IMG/VR virus record: IMGVR_UViG_3300016471_000517
Span: 1-64,000 of that record
DNA length: 64,000 nt
Source of the DNA: a virus
Reading direction: 5' to 3' (one strand)
The position numbers and the translations under genes were made by a program. Below, one piece after another: positions 36,138 to 43,772 of this stretch; the first letter of the stretch is position 1; every line of letters starts with the position of its first letter. The notes beneath the pieces are model-generated. The model was not told the DNA's origin and made no database searches. It was given only the letters and a program-made list of their open reading frames with translations.

Positions 36138-36213
36138 ACTACTATCAAAAAACCTTAAGGTTTTTTGAGTTTTCTTGCATTACTTGCGGACATGGCGGAT
36201 AGTAGTCCCGGAC
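36138..36213. repeat. palindromic element copy 6
   Basis: ACTACTATCAAAAAACC-TTAA-GGTTTTTTGA...CGGATAGTAGTCC. Confidence 0.85.
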
Positions 36214-36264
36214 AACCTCTGCCAGGTACGGGATTGTTTCCAGCTTTCCAAATAATTTATTAAT

Positions 36265-36865
36265 TCTCGGACGGACTTATCGGACTCCAGGTGCACGCCT
36301 GGGACCCATTATCGGACTTGTACTTAGTTACTTGACATCCCCCATATCTGGTGTATAGTTATCAGACTGTTCATGCGACCGATAACCCCCTCGTCCCGAC
36401 CTGTGACTGATAATCGTAAGTATTATCGGGCAGGGGGTTATCGGACGTTATGGTGGGTCCTAGTTATCGGACTATGCGTTATCGGTCTCTACTGGGGAGT
36501 TATCAGACTCACCCAGACGGTTTCAAATTTTTCTGAAAAACTTCCCGGACAGGATTCAAAGATTTCTGAAAATATTGAAAACTACTATCCGGGGGTTCTG
36601 GGACTGTATCGAATGTCCCTTATGGGACCTGGACGGGACTGAGATCCCCCCTTGCCTGGACGGGATGTAGCTTTCTGGACAGGATTGACGAGAAATTTAA
36701 TATAATTGCTTGTTTTACCTGTCCTGGCTGGACGGGTTACAAAAAATTGTCAAAAATTTGTAAATTTCTTTGAAAATTTGTCAAATTAATGCTTGACAGG
36801 CTATAAAGCCTTATAAGGCTTTGTTGTTTTGGACGGGCTGGGACCCTAGGAAGGCTTTCGGACCG
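36265..36865. repeat. non-coding iteron-like cluster (TTATCRGDC x~10; GGACRGG x~6) with AT-rich tract
   Basis: Copies at 36277, 36309, 36359, 36377(rev), 36405(rev), 36423, 36438, 36464, 36479, 36500; GGACRGG at 36547, 36631, 36658, 36677, 36730, 36831. Confidence 0.85.
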
Positions 36866-36996
36866 TTTATAGAGCATTTAAAGTGGGTTGGAGAGGGTTT
36901 GAGGTGGGGTGTCTAACTCCAATTTTCTCAAATTTTCTTAAATATTCTTTACCCCACTTGCTCCCATTCTCCCCCACCTTTACCCCCCATACATTC

Positions 36997-37386
36997 TTAT
37001 CCGTAGGTAGGTTGTGCTGGAGGAATCGGAGAAGGCTGTGATTGTTGTCTTTCCCACATTCTTTTATGTTTTTCAAGTAAATTTTTATACCATTGGTATA
37101 ATTGTTCTTCAGACCAGTTCAAATGATCAAATGCACCTCTTTTATATTGTTCTATAAACCAATTTTCCAAAAATCTATAATAATCTTCCCATGTGTCATA
37201 CACGACTGGGGGTGGGGTTGGTGTTGACAGCCTTTGCTTAAGTGCAGGTTGTAGGGTTGTTGGTTGATTGGGTTTGTATATTGGTGCTGGTCCACCGCCC
37301 GGTGGGTTTTCCTTCTCACCAACTACCGCTGTTGAAGTAGATGCCTTTGCATCCTCTTCTCTTAAAAATTCCTTAAATTTTTTCAT
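36997..37386 (-). CDS. putative internal head protein (MKKFKEFLREE leader)
   Basis: T4 CTS-like leader; Pro-rich linker. Confidence 0.7.
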   Translation of the reverse strand: MKKFKEFLREEDAKASTSTAVVGEKENPPGGGPAPIYKPNQPTTLQPALKQRLSTPTPPPVVYDTWEDYYRFLENWFIEQYKRGAFDHLNWSEEQLYQWYKNLLEKHKRMWERQQSQPSPIPPAQPTYG

Positions 37387-37390
37387 AGAC

Positions 37391-38164
37391 TTATGCCTCG
37401 TAAGTTCCAGGATTCACTTGTTGACCGGGTGTTGTGGATTGGCCAGGAAAATATCTGTACCACCAAGGAAGATACGGACTAACATTGTCGTCACGTTGAT
37501 ATGGACCGGGAGTTGGTGCGCCGGGTCGTAGAAAGTCAGGATTAAATGGATTTATACCTTCCCATGTGTTTGGGTTTTGTAAATCAAAATTATAACGAGG
37601 ATCATCTGCTCCACCAAAAGGTGTGCCGGGTGTACCGGGAGTTGGTGGGCCGGGATTCACGTAGTCATCAAAGAGGTCATTAAATCTGTCATACAAATCA
37701 CGCATTCTTTGCGTAAAAGTGTTTACTTGTTCGGGAGTGGCATTTGGATATGTTCGCATAAACCATTGTTGTAATTGAAGGTAAAGTGTCATTGTAAAGC
37801 GTGTATAAACATCCATTCCCCCGCCTGCTCCCGTTGTTGTAACTCCAAAAGTTGTCTCTAACCATTGTATGAATGCGTCCCACGATAAAAGTCCCAACAT
37901 ATCTATTTTTTGTTTAAATCTGTCATACAAATCCTCAATTCTATCATCAACTTCCTCCCAGTCGATTGGCTCGGGTGGTTTATGTGGGTTTTCTGGTTTT
38001 TCTTCTGTTTGAGGTTTGTATGGCCAACCACCCGGAAGTGTGGGTGTGGTTCCAAGTGGACTTCCACCCCCATAGAAAACAGGTGCTGACTGTGCTTTTG
38101 AGGAGCCAGCATCACCGGGTGTAGCGGTCATCTCTTCTCTTAAAAATTCTTTGAAACTTTTCAA
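37391..38164 (-). CDS. putative internal head protein (MKSFKEFLREE leader, TTG start)
   Basis: TTG overlaps the upstream TGA; CTS-like leader. Confidence 0.7.
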   Translation of the reverse strand: MKSFKEFLREEMTATPGDAGSSKAQSAPVFYGGGSPLGTTPTLPGGWPYKPQTEEKPENPHKPPEPIDWEEVDDRIEDLYDRFKQKIDMLGLLSWDAFIQWLETTFGVTTTGAGGGMDVYTRFTMTLYLQLQQWFMRTYPNATPEQVNTFTQRMRDLYDRFNDLFDDYVNPGPPTPGTPGTPFGGADDPRYNFDLQNPNTWEGINPFNPDFLRPGAPTPGPYQRDDNVSPYLPWWYRYFPGQSTTPGQQVNPGTYEA

Positions 38165-38634
38165 TTTACTCTCTCCCACGTTACATTTCCAAATTGGTCT
38201 TGTTGAACTTGCCAAACCTGACCATTATCATCTATGTAAATATCACCAACCTGTGCGGGTGGTTGAGCAAAAATTGTAACTACTCCATCTGAACCTCTAA
38301 CTCTTTTACCCGGAATTCTTGCAGGATATGTGTAGACATTTCCAAATGGAAAATTGAGTTGTTGGTATGTATCCCATATTTTTTTCAATTCAAGATATTT
38401 CTTGTATCTTTGGGCATATTGCTCTTCACTCTCTCCGGGTTGTCTTTTTGGTGGTTCGCCCGGATCTGTTGGCGCACCATATCCTGGTTGGGCTGTTGGT
38501 TTTCTGTATGCGGGTTTTTGTGAAGGAGGTGCAGAATAAACCATGGCCGAACCCATTGTTTTTTCTTGTGTTCCTTTGTCAGTTCCTTTAGAAACTTCAA
38601 TTTCTTCTTTGAGATAATCTTTAAAACTTTTCAT
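38161..38634 (-). CDS. putative internal head protein (MKSFKDYLKEE leader)
   Basis: TAAATA just upstream on minus; CTS-like leader. Confidence 0.7.
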   Translation of the reverse strand: MKSFKDYLKEEIEVSKGTDKGTQEKTMGSAMVYSAPPSQKPAYRKPTAQPGYGAPTDPGEPPKRQPGESEEQYAQRYKKYLELKKIWDTYQQLNFPFGNVYTYPARIPGKRVRGSDGVVTIFAQPPAQVGDIYIDDNGQVWQVQQDQFGNVTWERVN

Positions 38635-38680
38635 ATAGGTATTTAGTTGACTTTTGTCCTTTGGGGTGTATACTATGTCC

Positions 38681-39052
38681 ATGAAACCCGACATTGAGCG
38701 TCTACGGCGTGAGGTTCGCTATCTGCGTAATTGCATCGCAGAGGCGTTCAATGCCCTCCCCACTCTTCCCGGCACGTCGTTGGATAACTGGTGGGTGTTC
38801 AGTCCAATCTGCCGTGCCATTCGTCCCTACAAGGAAATCTATGACGAAGAGTTTGAACCCAAGGCTGTTGTCCGAAAGCGTAAAAAAGTTTCTCAATATT
38901 TGACCGCAGAGATTCTTCCCGGCGAACAGACTGGAGAAAGAAAGCGTCTGCGAGTGGATGAACTTCCACCTCTGCCTGAAGAAACCCCTAGAGTGGGTAA
39001 GCAGGCCACGAAGGTGATGAATAGTTTGGGTATTGGGATTCATATTGATTGA
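38681..39052 (+). CDS. hypothetical early protein
   Basis: TTGACT(38647)/TATACT-6nt-ATG. Confidence 0.65.
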   Translation: MKPDIERLRREVRYLRNCIAEAFNALPTLPGTSLDNWWVFSPICRAIRPYKEIYDEEFEPKAVVRKRKKVSQYLTAEILPGEQTGERKRLRVDELPPLPEETPRVGKQATKVMNSLGIGIHID

Positions 39053-39083
39053 CAACCAACCCAAGAGAGTGTATACTATGAAC

Positions 39084-39314
39084 ATGAACAGCGACGACAT
39101 TCATGAACTGAAGGCAGAGATCGCCCGTCTGAACGCAAAGATTGAAGTCATGCGGGGGGTTCTGTGGGAGTGGAACTGCTCCTCCGGTCCTGTGTGGGAG
39201 TATTACAGACTCAAGCAGGTGGGAGAGAAACAAGAAGATTACGCCTTCCTAGACGAAGATTACGAAGTAGATATGCCCCTCTTTGACGATGTTACTAACT
39301 CCTTTGGAGAATAA
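39084..39314 (+). CDS. hypothetical early protein
   Basis: TTGACA(39049)/TATACT(39072)-6nt-ATG. Confidence 0.65.
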   Translation: MNSDDIHELKAEIARLNAKIEVMRGVLWEWNCSSGPVWEYYRLKQVGEKQEDYAFLDEDYEVDMPLFDDVTNSFGE

Positions 39315-39315
39315 C

Positions 39316-40002
39316 ATGACTACCAAGACTCCTGAAGAACTCCTGAAAGACCTAGACAGCAATGATGTTAATGTCCGCACGGATGCTGCCAGTAATCCAA
39401 GTGCCACTCCTGAAGTCCTCCTGAAGGCTCTGGAGGACGAGCATAAATATGTCCGCTGTGCTGCTGCCGGGAATCCTAATGCCACTCCTGAAATTCTGCG
39501 GAAGGCTCTGGAGGACAAGAATGAATATGTCCGCTCTTGTGCTGCCGAAAATCCCAATGCTACTCCCGAAATGCTGCTGAAGGCTTTGGAGGACAAAGAT
39601 GTCCGCTATGCTGCTACCCAAAATCTCAATGCCACTCCTGAAGTCCTCCTGAAGGCTCTGGAAGACGAGGATTACCATATCCGCTATTATGCTGCCGAAA
39701 ATCCCAATGCTACTCACGAAGTCTTGTTGAAGGCTCTGGAGGACTGGGATTACCGTGTCAGCCTTGCTGCTGCGGGGCATCCCAATGCCACTCCTGAAGT
39801 CCTGCTGAAGGCTCTGAAGGACACGGATTACCGTGTCCGCAAATATGCTGCCGGGAATCCCAATGCTACTCCTGAAATCTTGTTGAAGGCTCTCAGTGAC
39901 AAGGATGAGTTGGTACGCAAATCTGCTCAAGAGAGTTTACAAAAGGATCCCATTCTTCAAATCCAAGTTGCTGCTCTTAGGGCACAATCAACCGAAACGT
40001 AA
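39316..40002 (+). CDS. LRV/HEAT-repeat protein 1
   Basis: 24-aa repeats VRxxAAxNPNATPEVLLKALED; GGAG SD. Confidence 0.9.
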   Translation: MTTKTPEELLKDLDSNDVNVRTDAASNPSATPEVLLKALEDEHKYVRCAAAGNPNATPEILRKALEDKNEYVRSCAAENPNATPEMLLKALEDKDVRYAATQNLNATPEVLLKALEDEDYHIRYYAAENPNATHEVLLKALEDWDYRVSLAAAGHPNATPEVLLKALKDTDYRVRKYAAGNPNATPEILLKALSDKDELVRKSAQESLQKDPILQIQVAALRAQSTET

Positions 40003-40021
40003 GAAAATTAAGGAAAACAAA

Positions 40022-40402
40022 ATGACTACCAAGACTCCTGAACAACTCCTGAAAGACCTAGACAGTAAGGATGTTAAGATCCGCCGTACTGCTGCGGGGC
40101 ATCCCAATGCCACCCCTGAAGTCCTGCTGAAGACTATGAGGGACGAGCATCACTTTGTCCGCCGTGGTGCTGCCCTGAATCCTAATGCTACTCCTGAAGT
40201 CCTGCTGAAGGCAATGAGGGACAAGAATTACATTGTACGCTGGGGTGCTGCCGTGAATCCCAATGCTACTCCACAAATGCTGATGAAGGCTTTGAAAGAC
40301 AAGTATAGGGTTGTCCGCAGCGCTGCTCAAGAAAGGTTGCAAAATGATCCCATTCTTCAACTCCAAGTCGCTGCTCTCAGGGCACAATCAACCGCCTCTT
40401 AA
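40022..40402 (+). CDS. LRV/HEAT-repeat protein 2
   Basis: Same repeat and caps; AAGGA SD. Confidence 0.9.
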   Translation: MTTKTPEQLLKDLDSKDVKIRRTAAGHPNATPEVLLKTMRDEHHFVRRGAALNPNATPEVLLKAMRDKNYIVRWGAAVNPNATPQMLMKALKDKYRVVRSAAQERLQNDPILQLQVAALRAQSTAS

Positions 40403-40421
40403 CAAAATTCGGGCAAACAAC

Positions 40422-40958
40422 ATGGATACCAAGACTCCAGAACAACTCCTGAAAGACCTAGACAGCAATGATCGCGTTGTCCGCTATTGTGCTGCTGCGA
40501 ATCCTAATGCCACTCCCGAAGTCCTGCTGAAGGCTCTGGAGGATGAAGAGGTGGATGTCCGCTGGGAGGCTGCCGGGAATCCTAATGCCACTCCCGAAAT
40601 TTTGCTTAAGGCAATTGGAGACAAGAATTCGGATGTCCGCTATGCTGCTGCCGGGAATCCCAATGCCACTCCCGAAATTTTGCTTAAGGCAATTGGAGAC
40701 AAGAATTCGGATGTCCGCTATAATGCTGCGGAGAATCCCAACGCCACTTCTGAAGTCCTGCTGAAGGCAATTGGAGACAGGTTTGTTAAGATCCGTGAGG
40801 CTGCTGCGTATCATCCCAATGCCACTCCTGAAGTCTTGTTGAAGGCAATTGGAGACAAGAATTCGGATGTTCGCAGCGCTGCTCAAGAGAGTTTACAAAA
40901 CGATCCCATTCTTCAACTCCAAGTTGCTGCTCTCAAGGCTCAAAAAAACGCCTCTTAA
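40422..40958 (+). CDS. LRV/HEAT-repeat protein 3
   Basis: Same repeat; near-exact internal 72-bp duplication. Confidence 0.9.
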   Translation: MDTKTPEQLLKDLDSNDRVVRYCAAANPNATPEVLLKALEDEEVDVRWEAAGNPNATPEILLKAIGDKNSDVRYAAAGNPNATPEILLKAIGDKNSDVRYNAAENPNATSEVLLKAIGDRFVKIREAAAYHPNATPEVLLKAIGDKNSDVRSAAQESLQNDPILQLQVAALKAQKNAS

Positions 40959-40976
40959 GAAAATTAAGGAAACAAA

Positions 40977-41270
40977 ATGGCTACTAAGAAGACCGCAAAG
41001 AACGCTTCAATCACTCTGCACCCCTTGCTCCAAAAGAGAATGGAGTTTTACCAAGAAATGTTTACTTGGTGTATTGAAAACTGGGATAAGTTGCGCAAGT
41101 ATGAAGTAGGCTCCGAAGTTCTCTTTTCCTGTTTCCCTTGGAAATTGCAGCGCGAGTTAGGGGAAACTTATCATATCCGTGGGCGTTTCGATGATGAATG
41201 GCACAAACTGAGGGGGAAGAAAGCAATTACGTTTAAAGATCTTTGTCATCTTTTTTACCTTTGTAAATAA
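40977..41270 (+). CDS. hypothetical protein inserted in the repeat-gene array
   Basis: Shares the AAGGAAACAAAATGGCTAC start context; no repeats. Confidence 0.7.
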   Translation: MATKKTAKNASITLHPLLQKRMEFYQEMFTWCIENWDKLRKYEVGSEVLFSCFPWKLQRELGETYHIRGRFDDEWHKLRGKKAITFKDLCHLFYLCK

Positions 41271-41889
41271 AATCTTGAATCCAAGAAACTCCGAATCAAG
41301 ATTTCTGTTGAGAAAGTAAAGTAAACCACAATGCCCGACCTGAGTTGAGACCTAAAAGGAAACAAAATGGCTACCAAGACTACCAATAAACTCCTGAAAG
41401 ACCTTGACAACAAGGATGTTGACATCCGCTATGCTGCTGCGTATCATTCCAATGCTACGCCCGAAGTCCTGCTGAAGGCTATGGAAGACAAGAATTCGGG
41501 TGTCCGCCGTGGTGCTGCACTTAATCCTAATGCTACGCCAGAAGTCCTCCTGAAGGCTTTGGAAGACGAGGATGTTGATGTCCGCTATGCTGCTGCCAAT
41601 AATCCAAGTGCTACTCCCGAAGTCCTCCTGAAGGCTCTTGAAGACGAGGAGTGGTGTGTCCGCAGTTATGCTGCCGGGAATCCCAATGCCACTCCCGAAG
41701 TTCTCGCGAAGGCAATCATGGACCGGTGGAATGATGTTCGTGATGCTGCTGAAGCAAATCTTGAATCCAAGAAACTCCGAATCAAGATTTCTGTTGAGAA
41801 AGTAAAGTAAACCACAATGCCCGACCTGAGTTGAGACCTGAAAGGAAACAAAATGGCTACTAAGATTACCAACAAACTCCTGAAAGACT
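41270..41889 (+). repeat. ~134-bp near-identical direct repeat (41270-41403 and 41756-41889)
   Basis: AAATCTTGAATCCAAGAAACTCCGAATCAAG...AAACTCCTGAAAGAC occurs twice. Confidence 0.9.
41367..41810 (+). CDS. LRV/HEAT-repeat protein 4
   Basis: Same repeat; different C-cap. Confidence 0.9.
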   Translation: MATKTTNKLLKDLDNKDVDIRYAAAYHSNATPEVLLKAMEDKNSGVRRGAALNPNATPEVLLKALEDEDVDVRYAAANNPSATPEVLLKALEDEEWCVRSYAAGNPNATPEVLAKAIMDRWNDVRDAAEANLESKKLRIKISVEKVK

Positions 41890-42467
41890 TAGACAGCGAT
41901 AATCTCGATGTCCGCCTTACTGCTGCCAGTAATCCCAATGCCACTCCTGAAGTCCTCCTGAAGGCTATGGAAGACAGTAATAGGAATGTCCGCTATGCTG
42001 CTGCCAGTAATCCCAATGCCACTCCTGAAGTCTTGATGAAGGCTTTGGAAGATGAGGAAGTTTGGGTTCGTCGTGATGCTGCATACCATCCCAATGCTAC
42101 TCCAGAAGTCCTGACCAAGGCGATGGAAAACAAGGATGAGTATGTTCGTCGGGATGCGGCAGCGAATCCCAATGCCACTCCTGAAGTACTCCTGAAGGCT
42201 ATGGAGGACAAGGATTCGGATGTCCGTGAGGGTGCTGCGGAGAATCCCAACGCCACTTCTGAAGTCCTGCTGAAGGCAATTGGAGACAGGTTTGTTAAGA
42301 TCCGTGAGGCTGCTGCCGGGAATCCCAATGCCACTCCTGAAGTCTTGTTGAAGGCAATTGGAGACAAGAATTCGGATGTTCGCAGCGCTGCTCAAGAGAG
42401 TTTACAAAACGATCCCATTCTTCAACTCCAAGTTGCTGCTCTCAAAGCACAGAAAGTCGCCTCTTAA
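41853..42467 (+). CDS. LRV/HEAT-repeat protein 5
   Basis: Same repeat; 3' ~210 bp nearly identical to protein 3. Confidence 0.9.
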   Translation: MATKITNKLLKDLDSDNLDVRLTAASNPNATPEVLLKAMEDSNRNVRYAAASNPNATPEVLMKALEDEEVWVRRDAAYHPNATPEVLTKAMENKDEYVRRDAAANPNATPEVLLKAMEDKDSDVREGAAENPNATSEVLLKAIGDRFVKIREAAAGNPNATPEVLLKAIGDKNSDVRSAAQESLQNDPILQLQVAALKAQKVAS

Positions 42468-42486
42468 AAAATTCGGGAAAACAACA

Positions 42487-42768
42487 ATGATTACCAAGAT
42501 TAAGAACAATACCAAGAAACCGACGAAATATCATTACTTTTTCAATTACAACAGAGGAAACTATTTTCAGATTTCCCATGGATTGGAAAAGCGTTATGGC
42601 AAAATGTTTTATGGTTCGGGAATTCACTTGACAGGGAAGGCGTTTGATATACACTTCTACTGCACTCCGAAGGAGTACAAGCGCATCGTGGCTTGCGCTC
42701 GTCGTCGCTACGGCAAAATCAAGAGCATCACTCGTTATACCGAAGAAGCCCTTTACGGAGATGACTGA
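42487..42768 (+). CDS. hypothetical basic protein
   Basis: ORF after the array with the same upstream context as 40422. Confidence 0.6.
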   Translation: MITKIKNNTKKPTKYHYFFNYNRGNYFQISHGLEKRYGKMFYGSGIHLTGKAFDIHFYCTPKEYKRIVACARRRYGKIKSITRYTEEALYGDD

Positions 42769-42769
42769 T

Positions 42770-42870
42770 ATGGCTACCAAGAACAAGACCAAGATCGAAA
42801 AAACTCCCCTCACCCTCCGATGTTCTGCGGGATATCTGTGAGGCGTATGAGACTATTCAACGACTGACTA
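42770..42870 (+). pseudogene. chimeric gene remnant
   Basis: MATKNKTK.. start fused out of frame to a ~50-bp copy of 43325-43374. Confidence 0.55.
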
Positions 42871-42882
42871 AAAGGAGATACC

Positions 42883-43272
42883 ATGAATAAAAAAATTGCA
42901 ACACGTTGGGTTAAGGCTTTGCGTTCGGGTAAGTACAAGCAGGGAACAGACTATCTGTGTAAGACGGAAGATGGGCACACCAAACATTGCTGCTTGGGGG
43001 TTTTGACGGATATGTATCAGCAAGAATGCAAACGCAATAAGAAGAAGGCATTGTCTGTTAAAATTATTAGTGGGTCTCATCCTAGTTACACTGTGTTTAC
43101 CTACAATAAAGAAGATAAAGTTCTTCCTGTTGCGGTAAAAAAATGGGCTGGAATGAAAAATAGAAGTGGCCGTATTGAAACAGAAAACGAATGTCTTGCC
43201 TTCATGAACGATGAGGGGGATTCTTTTAAGAAAATTGCAAACTTTATAGAGAAGAACTATGACAAACTTTGA
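42883..43272 (+). CDS. conserved phage hypothetical protein
   Basis: WVKALRSGKYKQG..L..CCLGVL..ND.G.SF..IA.FIE; AAGGAG SD. Confidence 0.8.
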   Translation: MNKKIATRWVKALRSGKYKQGTDYLCKTEDGHTKHCCLGVLTDMYQQECKRNKKKALSVKIISGSHPSYTVFTYNKEDKVLPVAVKKWAGMKNRSGRIETENECLAFMNDEGDSFKKIANFIEKNYDKL

Positions 43273-43525
43273 ACACATAGACTACCGCTTACGCTGCCAT
43301 AGCAAGCGCACCGATCTTCCCCCTGATGTTCTGCGGGATATCTGTGAGGCGTATGAGGCTATTGAACGACTGACAAAAGAGCGCGACGAGGCAAGACGAG
43401 AAGTTTCCCAATCGCAAGCGCAGTACAACTCCTTCATGTTTGACAATTCTTGTTTCCACGATCCTCATGCCATTGCTGAGTCAAGGGGATGGGATTGCTT
43501 CAAGGAGAATGCCGATGCCCGATAG
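43259..43525 (+). CDS. hypothetical protein (ERDEARREV...RGWDCFKE family)
   Basis: Paralog of the next gene. Confidence 0.7.
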   Translation: MTNFEHIDYRLRCHSKRTDLPPDVLRDICEAYEAIERLTKERDEARREVSQSQAQYNSFMFDNSCFHDPHAIAESRGWDCFKENADAR

Positions 43526-43772
43526 AGATTCAAATGGTGTGGATATCCTTGATCGCTTCTTGGCATTCAAGTATCGGTTCATGCAGTTTAGTGTGACCGA
43601 GGATGTCTTTAATCAGGTGGTTGAATATATCAAGGAACTCCGCAAGGAACGCGACGAGGCGAGGCGGGAGGTGTGCAGGAACGAGGCCAACCATCTACCA
43701 ACTATGGCTGATCCGCACAGAGAAGCAAGGCGGCGTGGATGGGATTGCTTCAAGGAGGGCGGCAATGTGTGA
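43515..43772 (+). CDS. hypothetical protein (ERDEARREV...RGWDCFKE family)
   Basis: Paralog of the previous gene; AAGGAG SD. Confidence 0.7.
   Translation: MPDRDSNGVDILDRFLAFKYRFMQFSVTEDVFNQVVEYIKELRKERDEARREVCRNEANHLPTMADPHREARRRGWDCFKEGGNV

Noticed and set aside
36142-36170. Resemblance of the copy-6 inner palindrome to a Hin hix site
   Set aside because: Arm length and core spacing differ, the other copies have unrelated inner sequences, and no invertase is present
26755-36213. Canonical integron attC sites or GTAG-family REPs
   Set aside because: No RYYYAAC/GTTRRRY boxes and no integrase or RAYT in the window; the GTAG lies 3' of the hairpin rather than 5'. Kept only as analogies.
36373-36642. 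89-aa ORF in the iteron region
   Set aside because: Built from the TTATCGGAC repeats (VIG/VIR), has no RBS and sits off the usual promoter spacing; probably non-coding
26755-36865. CRISPR array
   Set aside because: The repeats are either kilobases apart with whole genes between them or 7-9-mers with irregular spacing; there is no 23-47 bp repeat/spacer periodicity and no cas genes
39352-42395. Repetitive antisense ORFs over the LRV/HEAT genes
   Set aside because: Shadow frames of the 72-bp repeats
39316-42467. Diversity-generating retroelement
   Set aside because: No reverse transcriptase in the window, and differences between copies are not adenine-specific
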